From Lama guanicoe (Eukaryota), in the NCBI GenBank assembly GCA_013239625.1, contig MU053487.1, forward strand, positions 2,315,058-2,379,057: DNA of 64,000 bases, read 5' to 3'. The translations under genes and the position numbers were made by a program. The notes under the pieces were generated by a model, which searched no databases, was not told the DNA's origin, and was given only the letters and a program-made list of their open reading frames with translations. Numbering within the stretch: position 1 is the stretch's first letter; each line of letters starts with the position of its first letter. This document shows positions 51,697-64,000 of the stretch, one piece after another.

Positions 51697-53869
51697 GTAG
51701 GGCGCCTCTCCCCGCTCGTCTGCCACCTTAAAGCATGCCCCGCCACACGTGAGGGCCCAGGTTCTTGCCTGTTGCTTGAGGACTTTGTCATTATTACTTT
51801 GGTAGTTTTCTTTCAGCAACATTTCCTTCTTTGAACCCAACTGTGAAGGTTTTACAATGTTGTCTCTGGACCTGGAGTCCTGAGGCCTGAGCTCTTCTCT
51901 CTGCCTCCTTCTGGTCCTCAAGACCACCTTCCTAGGAAGGCGAGCTGTCTACAACAGAGAAGGGCACCTCTCCCCTGCATTCTCCTCAGAGAGCTTTAGA
52001 GGCTGATCCCATGTACCCAGGGCAGAGGGCGGGGGCTGGCTCGGGGAGGCCATTGCCAGAGCAGGGTCTTTGGTGTCAGACCTGGGTTACTGCTATGTGA
52101 CTCACCCTCCCTGGCCTCCATGTCTCCCTCAGTAAAGGGGGAACCAGTCACCCCGACAGCCATGGACAGTTCCAAGTAGTTAGCGAATAGCAATTGCATA
52201 GTCTAGTCCAGGGCCTGGCACCATTCATCTAACTACACTTAACCAGGTTCTAAGTACTTTGATTCTAAACTACTCGCTCTCTCTGGGGCCTCAGTTTTTC
52301 CATCTGTAAAATAAGCAGGTTGATAACGTGATGTCCAGTGTCCCGTCCCAGTTCTGAGGTAGTGTGATTCTGGCCAGTCCTGTCTGTATTCATAGTGAGC
52401 ATGTGTCCATCAGAAGCACAGCAGACACCGAAACTATGCAAATGGAAACATCTTCCCCGTTAAATTGCTCTGGGTCCTGCAAGCGGGAAGCCAACTTCTG
52501 TGAGTCCTACTTCTCAGAAAACTTTTTAAATTACCAAGCAGATGAGTGCTTCCCAAAAGCACTTCCCATGGTTACCCCCCTGGAAGGGGCCTAGATGGGA
52601 GACAGTGGGGCACTGGCAGTGAGAAGGAACGCAGGCAGGGTGGGCCGTGCACCTGTAGGTTGTTGGGGCTGAGGGTGGGGGTGGTGTGAGTGTGAGCCCT
52701 CGGAGCATGATCTGGTGGTACAGGGAAGTGCTCGGTAGCTGTTAGGATTTATTTTTTTATCCCTTATTGTTGCTCACTTAGCCTCAGCACCCTGTAGTGC
52801 TCGTCCTCTGCCTCCCTCCCCAGATATTCATGGAGGCTTCCCAGTGGGTGGGGCATTGTGGGTGCCTGGGGTTCCAGCACAGACAGGTTCCTGGCTTCAC
52901 TGAGAGCTCACGCTCTTCTAGAGTCTACATCCCATGACAGAGACAAACAGGGAGGAGGGTGGAGGGCCTCCTGGCTCAGGTTTGAGCCTGAGGGAGGCGA
53001 AGGCTGGGACCTGAAGCCTGAGAAGGAACTAGGTGGACAAAAGGGGATGAGGAAGGAAAAGGGCGTTTCTGGCAGAGGGAAGGGCTAGGGTAAAGGCAAT
53101 ATGTGTTTGAGGATCTGAAAACTGAGCATGGTGAGTCCAGTAATCTTCGGTAGCTGTCTCTAATGGCTGCCGAGAATCACCTGGGGGACTTTAGGATTTC
53201 CCGGGGCCCTCCCCAAACCAATAAATCAACCTCGGGGGCGGGGTCTGGGCGTAATACTTTGTGAAAGCTTCCCTGGGTGCTGTCGGGGGCAGCCAGTGGT
53301 AAGCAACGCTGGGCCTGGGTGGTGCAGGCCTCCGCTCCCTGCAGAGTTCAGGCCAGATAGAGGGGTTTGCAGCAGCACGTTGAAGAGCTTAGATTTCAAC
53401 TTGATAGGAATTGGTGGGATCTGGTTTGCATTTTGTGAGGAGTGCTCTGGCTGCAGCGTGGAAGACGGAAGGGTTGGAGAGGAGCAAAATGGAAACCCGC
53501 AGTGATTTGGGAGAAATTGAGGGCCAGGGGGCAGGTCTGGGCAGAGGATGGGGTTCTGTACACTAATAGTTGAAAATCTGGAATTGCCAGGCCCTGAAAA
53601 TAGGTTGGGTAGTTGGCAGTGGGAGGAGAAGTCCGGAGTGTGAGTTGTAGGTGAGGCAGCTGTCCTCATCGAGGTCCTAGGGCAAGGGTTTACCAGAGAC
53701 CCAGGAGGGCGTCTGTGGCTCCCCCGGGAGAAGAACCTCTTGGCTTCCGTCCTGTCTTATCCTGTGAGCCAGATACATTTATCTAGATTACATTTTAGTT
53801 CCTGGAAGAACTGCAGGGTCCTGACTAGTATGTCTTCAAAAGGAAGGTGGTTCTACAGAGTATCTACCT

Positions 53870-55630
53870 AGAGAGGAACAGACCAAGGCACATAGTCATC
53901 AAATTGACAAAAATTAAGGATAAGGGGGAAATATTAAAATTAGCAAGAGAAAAGCAACAAATGACATACAAGGGAACTCCCATAAGGTTATCAGCTGATT
54001 TTTCAGCAAAAACTCCACAGGCCAGAGGGAGTGGCCCAATATGTTTAAAGTGATGAAAGGGGAAAACTTAACAACCAGAAATACTCTATCCAGCAAAGCT
54101 CTTGTTCAAATTTGATGGAGAAATCAAAAGGTTCACAGACAAAAGCTAAAAGATTTCAGCACCACCAAACCAGCTTTACAACAAATGTTAAAGAACCTTC
54201 TCTAGTCATCAAACTGTAAGAAAAGAGAGCAAAAAGAAGAAAGGGGAAAATAAAACCTACAAAAGGTTACTTTGGCAATTGGAGGTCTTTTATGATTCCG
54301 TATACATTTTGGAATTGTTTGTCTTAGTTCTGTGAAAAATGTGAATATTTTGACAGGGGTTGCATTGGATCTGTCGATTGCTTTGGGTAGTGTGTCCATT
54401 TTGATAATGTTGATTCTTCCAATCCAAGAGCACAAGATGTCTTTCCATTTCTTTGATCATCTTCAATTTCCTTCATCATTGTCTTACAGTTTTCAGAGTA
54501 TAGGTAACCTCCTTGGTTAAGTGTATTTCTAGGTATTATTTTGTTTTTGAGGCAATGGAAATGTTTATGCCAGTTATAAAATTCTGGTTTGGGGAGTGGG
54601 AAAAAAAAGTGAATGGAGGGTCACAAATGGCAAATATCTTTTTTTGTGGGTGAATTATATATTCCATTATGTATATATGCTGCATCTTCTATATCCATTC
54701 ATCTGTTGATGTGCACTTCAGATGCTTCCATGTCTTAGCAATTATAAATAATGTTGCTGTTAATAATGGGGTGAATGTATTTTTTTGAATTAACATTTTT
54801 GTTTTTGTCGGGTATATGCCCAAGCATGGAGTTGCTGGGCCATGTGGTGGTTCTATTTTTGGGTGTTTGAGAAACCTCCATATTGTTTTCCATGGTGGCT
54901 ACACCAATTTGCGTTTCCACCAACATTGTACAAGGGTTCCCTTTTCTCCACATCCTTGCCAACATTTGTTATTTGTGTTCTTCTTGATGATGGTCGTTCT
55001 GACAGGGGTGAAATGATACTTCATCGTGATTCTTACTTGCATTTCCCTGATACTAGTGATGCTGAGCAACTTTTCGTGTTCCTGTTGGCCAACTCCATTT
55101 CCTGTTTTGGAGAAGTGTCTGTTCAGTTCTTCTGTCCATATTTTAAATGGGTTGGTTGGTTGTTTGCTTTTTAATTGAAGTACAGTTGATTTAAAACATT
55201 GTATTAGTTTCTGGTGTACAGCATGGATGGACTTGGGCGTTATGCTAAGTGAAGTAAGTCAGACAGAGAAAGACAAATACTGTAAGATATCACTTATATG
55301 TGGAATCTAAAAAAAAATACAACAAACTAGTGAATATAACAGAAAAGAAACAGACTCACAGATACAGGGAAGGGACTAGTGGTTACCAGTGGGGGAAAGG
55401 GAAGGGGGAGGGGCAAGATGGAGGTGGAGGATTAAGAGGTACAAACCATCAGGTGTAAAATTAGCTACCAGGATGTACTGTACAGCATGGGGGGTAGAGC
55501 CAGTATTTTATAATAACCATAAATGGAGTATAACCTTTAAAAATTGTGAATTACTATACTATATACCTACATGCATATAATATTATACCTGTATAATACT
55601 GTATACCTAGCTATACTTCAACTTTTAAAA
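53870..55630. mobile_element. Mosaic of L1 fragments in alternating orientation
   Basis: + ORF1 (RPRHIVIKLTKIKDK...YKGTPIRLSADFS) 53870-54264; - ORF2 ([12 protein letters not shown]) 54265-54560; - ORF2 C-terminus 54640-55165; - 3' terminus 55166-55223; + 3' UTR to ~55630. Confidence 0.8.
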
Positions 55631-56035
55631 TACTGTCCCTATTATAAAATAAATGCATAAATAATTTTTTTAAAAAAGAAGGAAGGTGGGTTTCTGGATC
55701 ACAGAGCCTGCCTCTTGTCAGTGCATTGCTTAGACAGCGCAATGAGAGGGGTCCAGACTTAGACTGTCCCTGCTCCTGTGGGGTCATCAGAATCCTTTCT
55801 TGCCCTGCCAGCAGCAGGTTACCCTGGCTCCTGACTTTCTGGCCATGGGGCCACCTTCCTGCTCCCAGCTGGTGCCTTGTGCTCCACTTGGGGGGCAGTA
55901 CAGTAGCAGTCCTGGTTTGCAGTGAGGCCATTTGATGTGGAAATCAGGAACCCTGGTGGCTCTTGTGGTTTGTTCCAACTCTAGCGTACTAGACAAGGTA
56001 TTTCACTTTTCTGGACTTTGAAATTACTATCTGCA

Positions 56036-56136
56036 GGGTGGGGGGGTATAGCTCAGTGGTAGAGCTCATGCTCAGCATGCGTGAGGTCCTGGGTTCCATC
56101 CCCAGCACCTCAGTTAAAATAAAATGAAATAAAGTA
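56036..56136 (+). mobile_element. tRNA-derived SINE with 15-bp TSD
   Basis: TSD AAATTACTATCTGCA (56021-56035) / AAATTACTACCTGCA (56137-56151). Confidence 0.88.
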
Positions 56137-57604
56137 AAATTACTACCTGCAAAATAGTTTTGTTAATTTCTACCTCCCAAAACCCACCTGGCTGTTACAT
56201 AGGCAAATGAAAGTAAATACATCACAAGGGCTTTAAACTGTCCAGGGTTTTTCCTTTTTGAGTAGACTTGCTACTTTAACTTTTAATTATTTAACTCTTT
56301 GTTATCGAATCTTTGTAAACACATACAAGCAGATGATACAGCAGATCTCCATGTACCTATCACGCAGTTTCAACAGCCATCGACACTTCGCCATCTTTGT
56401 TTTACATATCCAGTCCATATTCAGACACCCAAAAAGATCTTTTTATAAAAGTAGTTTTGTTCAAATCTGTATCCAGTCAAGTTCTAGTCATTATGTTTGG
56501 TTGTTATATTTCCTTGAAACCAGGAAAGTCATCCTTTTTTTGTTGTTGTTTTTACTAGCTTATTCTAAAGCTAGTTGGAAAGTGCACATTTAGGGTTGGC
56601 TGATTGCTGCTGCTTAGTGTCCTTTGACGTGCTTGAATCCTTTAAATTTCCTATAAACTGAAAAATTAGATCTAGAGGCATGATTATATTCAGATTAAAA
56701 AACTTTTTTGCGAGCGTTCATGATGGATGATGCCATGTACTTTCTATTGCGTCCCAGCAGGGGGTGCCTGATGGCCTGACTTGTTCTGTCCCTGTGATGA
56801 GGTTTACCCTCCAGTTCAGCTGATGAGAGCCCGATTCCTTCACGCCATCGATACTTAGCTTAATGGTTCCACCATTCACTGATGACCATTGTCTGAGTCA
56901 GTTATGTCATTAGGATTGCAAGATTGTGATTTTTTCCTTATTTTACCATTTCTTCTTTATTAATGAACTGTAATTTTTCTGTGTAGAATAATTTTCCCTC
57001 ATTTGTTAGAGCTGTTTGGTTATCCTGAAGTACAGTGCATACTAGAAAGTAGGGGTAAATGCTGAGTTCTGTGCCTTTGATTGTCAGTTTGCAGGGAAAT
57101 GGGTGGGCATCCCAGCAGTCTTCAGTAACATTAAATGACTTGTTTTCTCTATCTGTCTCTGCCTCCACCATCTCTCTTTCCCTTCTTCCTCTCCATTTTT
57201 CTCTCTTCTCTCTTTTAGTAATTTTGTCATAGCTGTTAAAGCAATTTAATTTAATCAGTTCTAGTCATTTTCTGATTAATTCTGAAATTATTCCATCTTT
57301 AGCCAGTGGAAGCCCCTTCGGGCTGGTGCTCTTGTCCCTTTGACCCAATTCCACTAGTCTTTGATAATTTCTTTGTTTCTGGTGAAACAAATGTTTCACC
57401 AGATGTTTGTAGGCTCACTCTGTACTTTCCCAGCCTGTGCCCCGGAATTGGCCACTTTTCCAAGGAACTCTGGTTTATTTTAGTGGGGAATGGTATTTAG
57501 AGACTTTAATCTGGGATCAGGGGTCCTCAGTGCTACCAGTGGTCATTGCTTTCAGGCCTCTCCAGTGGACAAAGCTAGGAAATATATATATTTAAAGATG
57601 CAGA

Positions 57605-57839
57605 AGAAATGTGGTTGCCAGAAGCTGGCAGGGAGGGGAGGATGGGGAGTTACTGTTTAATGCGTACAGAGTTTCAATTTGGGAGGATAAATGGTGGTGA
57701 TGGTGATACTTAATGCCACAGAACTGTACTCTCAAAAATGGCTAAATATATATATATAAAATAGATAAACCCCAAGGTCCTCCTGTATAGCACAGGAAAC
57801 TACCTTGTAATGGCCTATAATGAAAAAGAATATGAAAAG

Positions 57840-57877
<38 letters not shown>

Positions 57878-57965
57878 GAATCAATTAATACATTGTAAGT
57901 TGACTATACTTCAATTAAGGAAAAAAATAGCTATATGTATTTTACCACAATGAAAAAAATAAAAT
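57605..57965 (+). mobile_element. Nested L1 3' ends with (TA)n at 57842-57873
   Basis: Older 3' UTR (gtggttgccagaagctgg...tgtattttaccacaat) interrupted by a younger 3' end (ctgtatagcacagg...tgactatacttcaatt). Confidence 0.7.
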
Positions 57966-58230
57966 CTCTTATGGCAACAAAACAGAAAGAGAGAGACAAA
58001 TATGAGAACTTCATACTAGTATTTCTATATCAAACCCATTTTTAAATTATAAGAATTTTGCTGAATTTTTGAATTTTATGATTTTACATCTTTTATTTCG
58101 TCAGTCAAATCTCGGTCAGAGAATAATTCTGTAATGGTAATTCTCCCTGGTTCTGGCTTCCGCTCCATTTGGGGATCTGCACTTCATTACTTCATACTCT
58201 GAATCTTTCCACTGTCTTCTTTTTTGGCAG

Positions 58231-58607
58231 ACTTTACTACCAGGTCTTGCTGGCCCCTCTGGGGAAGTGGTTAAATCTACAGCAGGTGTGACCTCCTCAG
58301 CTGCTTCTGGAAGTGGCGACAAGGTCTATGCCTACCAGATGGTCCGCACAGATTCCCGGGAGCAGAAGCTCGATGCCTTCCTGCAGCCTGTGAGCAGGGC
58401 CCTGTCCAGTCAGCCCCAGGCTGATGTCCCAGAGGACAGGACAGATGCTTCTAGTAGCGGGGCCAGGCAGCAGGATGAGGAAATGCCTGAACTCCTAGCT
58501 CCTGCTGAAGCAGCTGCCAGTCATCAGGGCCTGGAGAGGGATGCAACAAAGAAGGCTTCAGAGTCATCAGAGAAGAGAGGGCCACCTTCCAGCCCGGAGA
58601 ACCCCAG
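58231..58607 (+). CDS. MLH1: MLH1 exon 12 (377 nt; linker)
   Basis: ggcag|[18 protein letters not shown]...[17 protein letters not shown]...[11 protein letters not shown](R); AG|gtatgg. Confidence 0.96.
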
Positions 58608-60134
58608 GTATGGCCTTGCCTGACTCGCCCTCTCCCTCTGATGGGATGGTGCTAGGGCCTGGTCCACTGTCTGCGTTTGACCATGGCTTGAGAGTCACCC
58701 ATCACAGTGGCCTTTGAAATACCTTAAATGTCTATGATTCCAAACATTATATAAAAATACATCAGAAGGAAAAATCAGAAGATTTATCCTTTAATTTTAG
58801 TAATGAATTTTGATAAAGCCTCAACAGCAGAGGGGGCTGGAAAGAGGGGCCTAAACTATCCAGAGGATTCTTTCATCTGCTCAGAGCTGCTCTCACTCCT
58901 TTCAGAAGCACAGTTTTTCACTTCAAAGCACAAAACTCCCTGAAGCACATGAGCAGCTGGTGAAAGAGCTAGAGAGGGGCAGGGACAGCTGTACTAGTGA
59001 CTGTTGTTTAATTTTGAGCATCTTCAGTGCACCCTCTGCAGGTGCTTTAAGGGCACGTCATTGAAATCTCCTTGTGCAGGTACTGACCGCGGAGCTCAGG
59101 GTGAAGTCCTTTGCCCAAGGCCACACGTTTGCCTGATGGCTGACCCCCAAAACACTGTCTCTAACTGCCTGTTGCAACTCGGGCAAGTTTCTTAATTCCA
59201 GTTTGCTCATTTCCAAGCCAGCCTAGCAAGACGACTTACAGGATTTGTGTCCAGAGAATAATAAAGGATGCTGCCATTTATCGAGCTTCCGCCATGTGCG
59301 CTGAGCACCTTGCATGCATGATCTCATTTAATGCTCTTAAAAGCCTGGCCAGAAAGTGTTCCATTTCTGTTTATCACTTGGCGAACTAACCACCCAGCAT
59401 TCAGAGAAATCTTTCTAAACCAGAAATCAGTATATCGCTCCTCTGCTGAAAACTGGTGCTTCCTACTGCTCTTGGGGTGAAACCAGCCTGCCCGCCCCCA
59501 GTCCATTCCCTTCCCCCCCGTGGGGGCACTTTGGCCGCACTGCCCCTGCAGGCGACCTGACCTCACTGAGCTCTCACCCTTTTGCTGTCACTGGTCCCTG
59601 GGCCCAGGAACACTCCAGCTTCTTGTCACTCAGGTTTCAATTCAGATGTCATATCACATGTTGCCAGAGGCCTTCTTTGTCCGTGTAATCTAAAGTTCTC
59701 TCTCCTCTTGCTTCCTCATCATTCTATCATGTTACCTTGTTTTATTTTCATCACAGCGCGTGTTGCTACTTAAAGTGACCTTGTTTCCATTGTTGTTTGA
59801 CTCACCCCCTAAAAAGTCAGCATGGTGAGGACAGGCACCTTGTGGGCTTGTTCATGGCCATAGGAGGTTGGCCTTCTGACAGTGCCTAAGGGATGGAGAG
59901 ATGGAAGGCTGAGTGAAGGAGATTTGGCCAGGTTAGCCCACTTGCCCAAGGCCCTGCAGATCTACGGGCTGAGCCAGGTTCCAAAGTCCAGCTGCTCGGG
60001 CCTGAGGGGTGTCAGATGAGCGATATTCAGGAGAACAGGCTGATCTCACTAGCCTGCCACCAGCACGGGGAGCCCTCCCCAGGTGTGCAGAGCCAGCACA
60101 GAGAAGCTGCTCTCTTCTCCAGCAGGTAAGACAC

Positions 60135-61015
60135 AAAATTCCAAAAGATACATTCACCTCAGTGTTCATCACAGTACTCTTTACAATAGCCACGACGTGG
60201 AAGCAACCTAAATGTCCATCGACAGATGATTGGATAAAGAAGATGTGGTATATGTACCTCGTATCCAATGAGTGCTGCTCAGCCATAAAAAAGAGTGAAA
60301 TAATGCCATTTGTAGCAGCATGGATGGACCTAGAGATTATCATACTAAGTGAAGCAAATCAGACAAAGACAAATATGGTATGATATGTGGAATCTAAAAT
60401 GAGTAGTATTCCATTGTATAAATATACCACAGCTTCTTTATCCTTTATCTTTATGTGTTGGCTATTGTAAACAGTGCTGCTGTGAACATTGGGGTTCATG
60501 TGTCTTTTCAAATTAGAATTCCCTCTAGATATATGCCCAGGATTGCTGGATCATATATAGCTCAGTGGTAGAGCACATGCTTAGCATGTGTGAGGTTCAA
60601 TCCCCAGTACCTCCATTAAAAAAAAAATTAAAAACAAACAAGTAAGTAAACCTAATTACCTCCCCTGCCCTGAATTTTTTTAAATGACACATATGAACTG
60701 ATTTATAAGACAGAAACAGACTAACAGACCAAGAAAACGAACTTATGGTTACCAAAGGGGAAAGGAGAGGGGAGGGATAAATTAGGAGTTTGGGATTAGC
60801 AGATACAAACTACTTACTATGCATAAAATAAACAACAAGGTCCTACTGTATAGCACGTGGAACTGTATTCAGTATTTTTTTAACCTATAATGGAAACATG
60901 AGAAGGAATATATATTATATGTATATGCAAAATTGAATCACTATGCCTGTACACCTGAAACTAATAGTGTTGCAAATCAACTCTACTTTAATTTTTAAAA
61001 AAAACAACAATAAAA
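60135..61015 (+). mobile_element. L1 3' end containing an inverted L1 segment (~60400-60554) and a SINE (~60555-60670)
   Basis: ORF2 end (FTIATTWKQPKCPSTDDWIKKMWY), then antisense L1 text, then SINE, then the 3' UTR resumes to an A-rich tail. Confidence 0.8.
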
Positions 61016-61062
61016 GTTTTTTAAGACAGTAATGAGCTGCCTGTTCCTTATCTGCTTTGCAG

Positions 61063-61211
61063 AAAGCGACATCGGGAAGGCTCTGACATGGAAACGGTGG
61101 ACGATGCATCCCGAAAGGAAATGACCGCAGCTTGTACCCCCCGGAGGAGGATCATTAACCTCACCAGCGTTCTGAGTCTCCAGGAAGAAATTAACCAGCA
61201 GGGACATGAGG
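61063..61211 (+). CDS. MLH1: MLH1 exon 13 (149 nt); last exon visible in the window
   Basis: tgcag|[54 protein letters not shown]|gtacgt; contains the KRHR NLS. Confidence 0.96.
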
Positions 61212-61569
61212 GTACGTAAATGCCCAGGGCTGCCTGGGACCTCCAGGCTGGAACTGCTAAAGTGAAATATTTGGAAATGCAGAAAGCATTCATGTTGGGA
61301 TGGCCTCTGTGCTGAGCAAACCTTGCTTCCCATATTAACCTGTGGTGGCAGCAGCTTTAAAGATAATTTTCAGCTCGGGGAAGGAGGGAAAAAGTAGTCT
61401 CTGGCTTTAAATTAGAATTAATCGGTACTCTCATTAGACCACAGAAGTCAGAGTAAAGTGGTCATTTAAGTAATCCCCAGTCTGTTCCTGTCTGAGCTAA
61501 AAGTGTAATGATAGCACATTTCTAATCCTGTGGCCTGACTGGGGTGTGCTGTTGCTGAAAGTGCACAGG

Positions 61570-61765
61570 CTTGGGAGGGCCCTAGTTGCTACCCTGGCAC
61601 TCCTGCTTCTGCTGTGTGACCTTAGACTCCTGACTTAACCTTTCTGTGTGCCTCAGTTTTTCCTCATCTGTAAATTGAGATTAATTTTACCCCTGAAGAT
61701 TATTGTGCTGATGAGAGAGAAAATGGTAAGTAAAACACTTGTTACATAGTAAGGAGTCAATAGAT
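61570..61765 (+). mobile_element. MIR SINE
   Basis: gctgtgtgaccttag..acttaacctttctgtgtgcctcagtttttcctcatctgtaaa. Confidence 0.7.
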
Positions 61766-62109
61766 ATTTTTATATCCCAAAGACAAAGTGAAAAAAAAAA
61801 AAAACGTTATCATCTTCCTCAGAAACAGCTTTCAGAATACCTGAGTATAGAAGTCCATCTGGGTTACTGTTACTCCAGAAGTAACTTGTGGTTATAGGAA
61901 TGAAAAGGAGGCTCGTCATATCCCAGGGATGAAGTGATGCAGGGACTGAGGTGTGTGATGGTGACGTGGTCCTAACAGCAGTGCTGACCCCACTCGATGA
62001 GTCAGTGATGCTCCAAGTGGCCTTCGTTGCTGGGGCTCCAGGGGGCAGCCTTGCATGCTTGTCCATGCAGTTTAGCCCCAGCCTTTCCACTCCTCATCCC
62101 CTACCCATT

Positions 62110-64000
62110 TGTTTTTATTGAAGTACAGTCAGTCACAATGTATCAGTTTCTGGTGTACAGCACAATGTCCCAGTCATGCATATACGTATTTAGATTCATT
62201 TCATCTCCTTTTTCATTAAAGGTTATTATAAGATTGAATGTAGTTCCCTGTGCTATACATATGAAATTTGGTTTTTATCTGTGTTTATATATGGTAGCTA
62301 ACATTTGGAAATCTCAGATTCCCAAATTTATCCCTTCCCACCTCTCTTTCCCCTAGTAACCATAAAATTGTTTACTATGTCTGTGATCCTGTTTCTGTTT
62401 TGTAGATGAGTTCATTAGTGTCCTCTTTTTTTTTAAAGCTTCCACATATGAGTGATATCATATGGCATTTTTCTTTCTCTTTATGGCTTACTTCACTTAC
62501 AATGACAATCTTCAGATCCATTCATGCTGCTGCAAATGGCATTATTTTATTCTTTTTTATGGCTGAGTAGTATTCCATTGTATAAATATACCACAGCTTC
62601 TTTATCTAGTCATCTGTCGATGGACATTTAGGTTGCTTCCATGTCTTGGCTATTGTAAACTGTGCTACTATGAACATGTATTTTTTCAAATTAGAATTCC
62701 CTCCAGATAAATGCCCAGGATTGCTGGATCATATGGTACATCTTTTTTTAGTTTTTTGAGGAATCTCCATACTGTTTTCCGTAATGGCTGCACCAAATAA
62801 CATTCCCACCAGCAGTGTAGGAGGGCTCCCTTTTCTCCACAGCCTCTCCAGCATTTATCATTCATGGACTTTTGAATGGTGGCTATTCTGACTGGCGTGA
62901 GGTGATATCTCATTGTAGTTTTGATTTGCATTTCTCTGATAATTGGTGATATTGAGCCTTTTTTTCATGTGCCTGTTGGCCATTTCTGTGTGTTCATTGA
63001 AGAGCTGCATTTTTATGTTTTCTGCCCATTTGTGTATTGGGTTGTTTGTTTGTTATTAAGTTGTATGAGCTGTTATATATATTCTGGAAATTAAATCTTT
63101 GTCAGTGGCATCATTTGCATATATTTTCTCCCATTCCGTAGGTTGTCATTTCGTTTTACTTATGGTTTCCTTTGCTGTGCAAAAGCTTGTAAGTTTAATT
63201 CAGTCCCATTTGTTAATTTTGCTTTTATTTCTATTGCTTGGGTAGACTGCCCTAGGAGAACATGGCTAAGATGTATGTCAGCGTGTTTTTCCTATGTTTT
63301 TTCCTAGGAGGTTTATCGTGTCATGTCTTAGTTTAAGCCATTTTGAGTTTATTTTTATTTCTGTGTAAGTTGTGAGGGAGTGTTCTAACTTCACTGATTT
63401 ACATGCTCCTGTCCCGTTTTCCCAGCACCACTTGCTGAAGAGACTGTCTTTTCTCCATTGTATATTCTTGCCTCCTTTGTCGAAGGTTAATTGACCATAG
63501 GTCTGTAGGTTTATTTTTGGGCTGTCTATTCTGTTCCACTGGTCCATATGTCTGTTTTTGTACCAATATCATGCTGCTGTGATTACTATCACTCTGTAGT
63601 ATTGTCTGAAAGTCTGGGAGGGTTATTCCTCCAGCTTCATCCTTTTTCTGCAGTATTGCTTTGGTAATTCTGGGTCTTTTGTGATTCCATATGAATTTTA
63701 GGATTATTTGTTCTAGTTCTGTGAAATATGTCATGGGTAGTTTGATAGGAATTACATTAAATCTGTAGTTTGCCTTAGTCAGCGTGACCATTTTCACAAT
63801 ATTGATTCTTCCAGTCCAAGAACATGGGATATCTTTCCATTTCTTTAAGTCCTCTTTAATTTCCTTAATCAAAGTGTTTTGTAGTTCTCCCCATATAAGT
63901 CTTTCACCTCCTTGGTCAGATTTGTTCCTAATATTTTACTGTTTTGGATGTGATTTTAAAAGGGATTATTTCTTTACTGTCTTTTCCTGCTATTTCATTC
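62110..64000 (-). mobile_element. L1 ORF2 C-terminal part and 3' UTR (frameshifted), running off the window
   Basis: [70 protein letters not shown] in different frames. Confidence 0.92.

Noticed and set aside
62110..64000. Active or intact L1
   Set aside because: ORF2 is split across frames by indels and stops.

Overview
Mammalian genomic DNA, very probably from a camelid, judged from about ten copies of a tRNA-Ala(AGC)-derived SINE resembling Vic-1. The window covers the TRANK1 - EPM2AIP1 - MLH1 block. (1) A CpG island at ~3.0-4.7 kb holds the first coding exon of TRANK1 on the minus strand (MWDARVTR, then a GT donor). (2) About 25 kb of repeat-rich intergenic DNA follows (L1, L2, MIR, MaLR/ERV LTRs, hAT MITEs). 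(3) The intronless EPM2AIP1 ORF (31660-33486, minus, 608 aa), a domesticated hAT/Buster-like transposase, lies head-to-head with MLH1 across a 489-bp CpG-island promoter. (4) MLH1 coding exons 1-13 (33976-61211, plus) all have canonical AG/GT sites and give an open frame of 1564 nt; the gene continues past the window end. I found no convincing previously undescribed biological system. The most interesting observations are fine-scale: retro-insertions very close to four MLH1 3' splice sites (one inside the exon 10 polypyrimidine tract), inverted L1 copies flanking exon 13, a chimeric L1/inverted-L1/SINE insert, CpG/GC enrichment of exons 8 and 11, a perfect 53-bp duplication, and an apparently lost catalytic Asp in EPM2AIP1. 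Repeat family names and all comparisons with human are from memory and were not checked against databases. Repeat boundaries are approximate unless a TSD is given.
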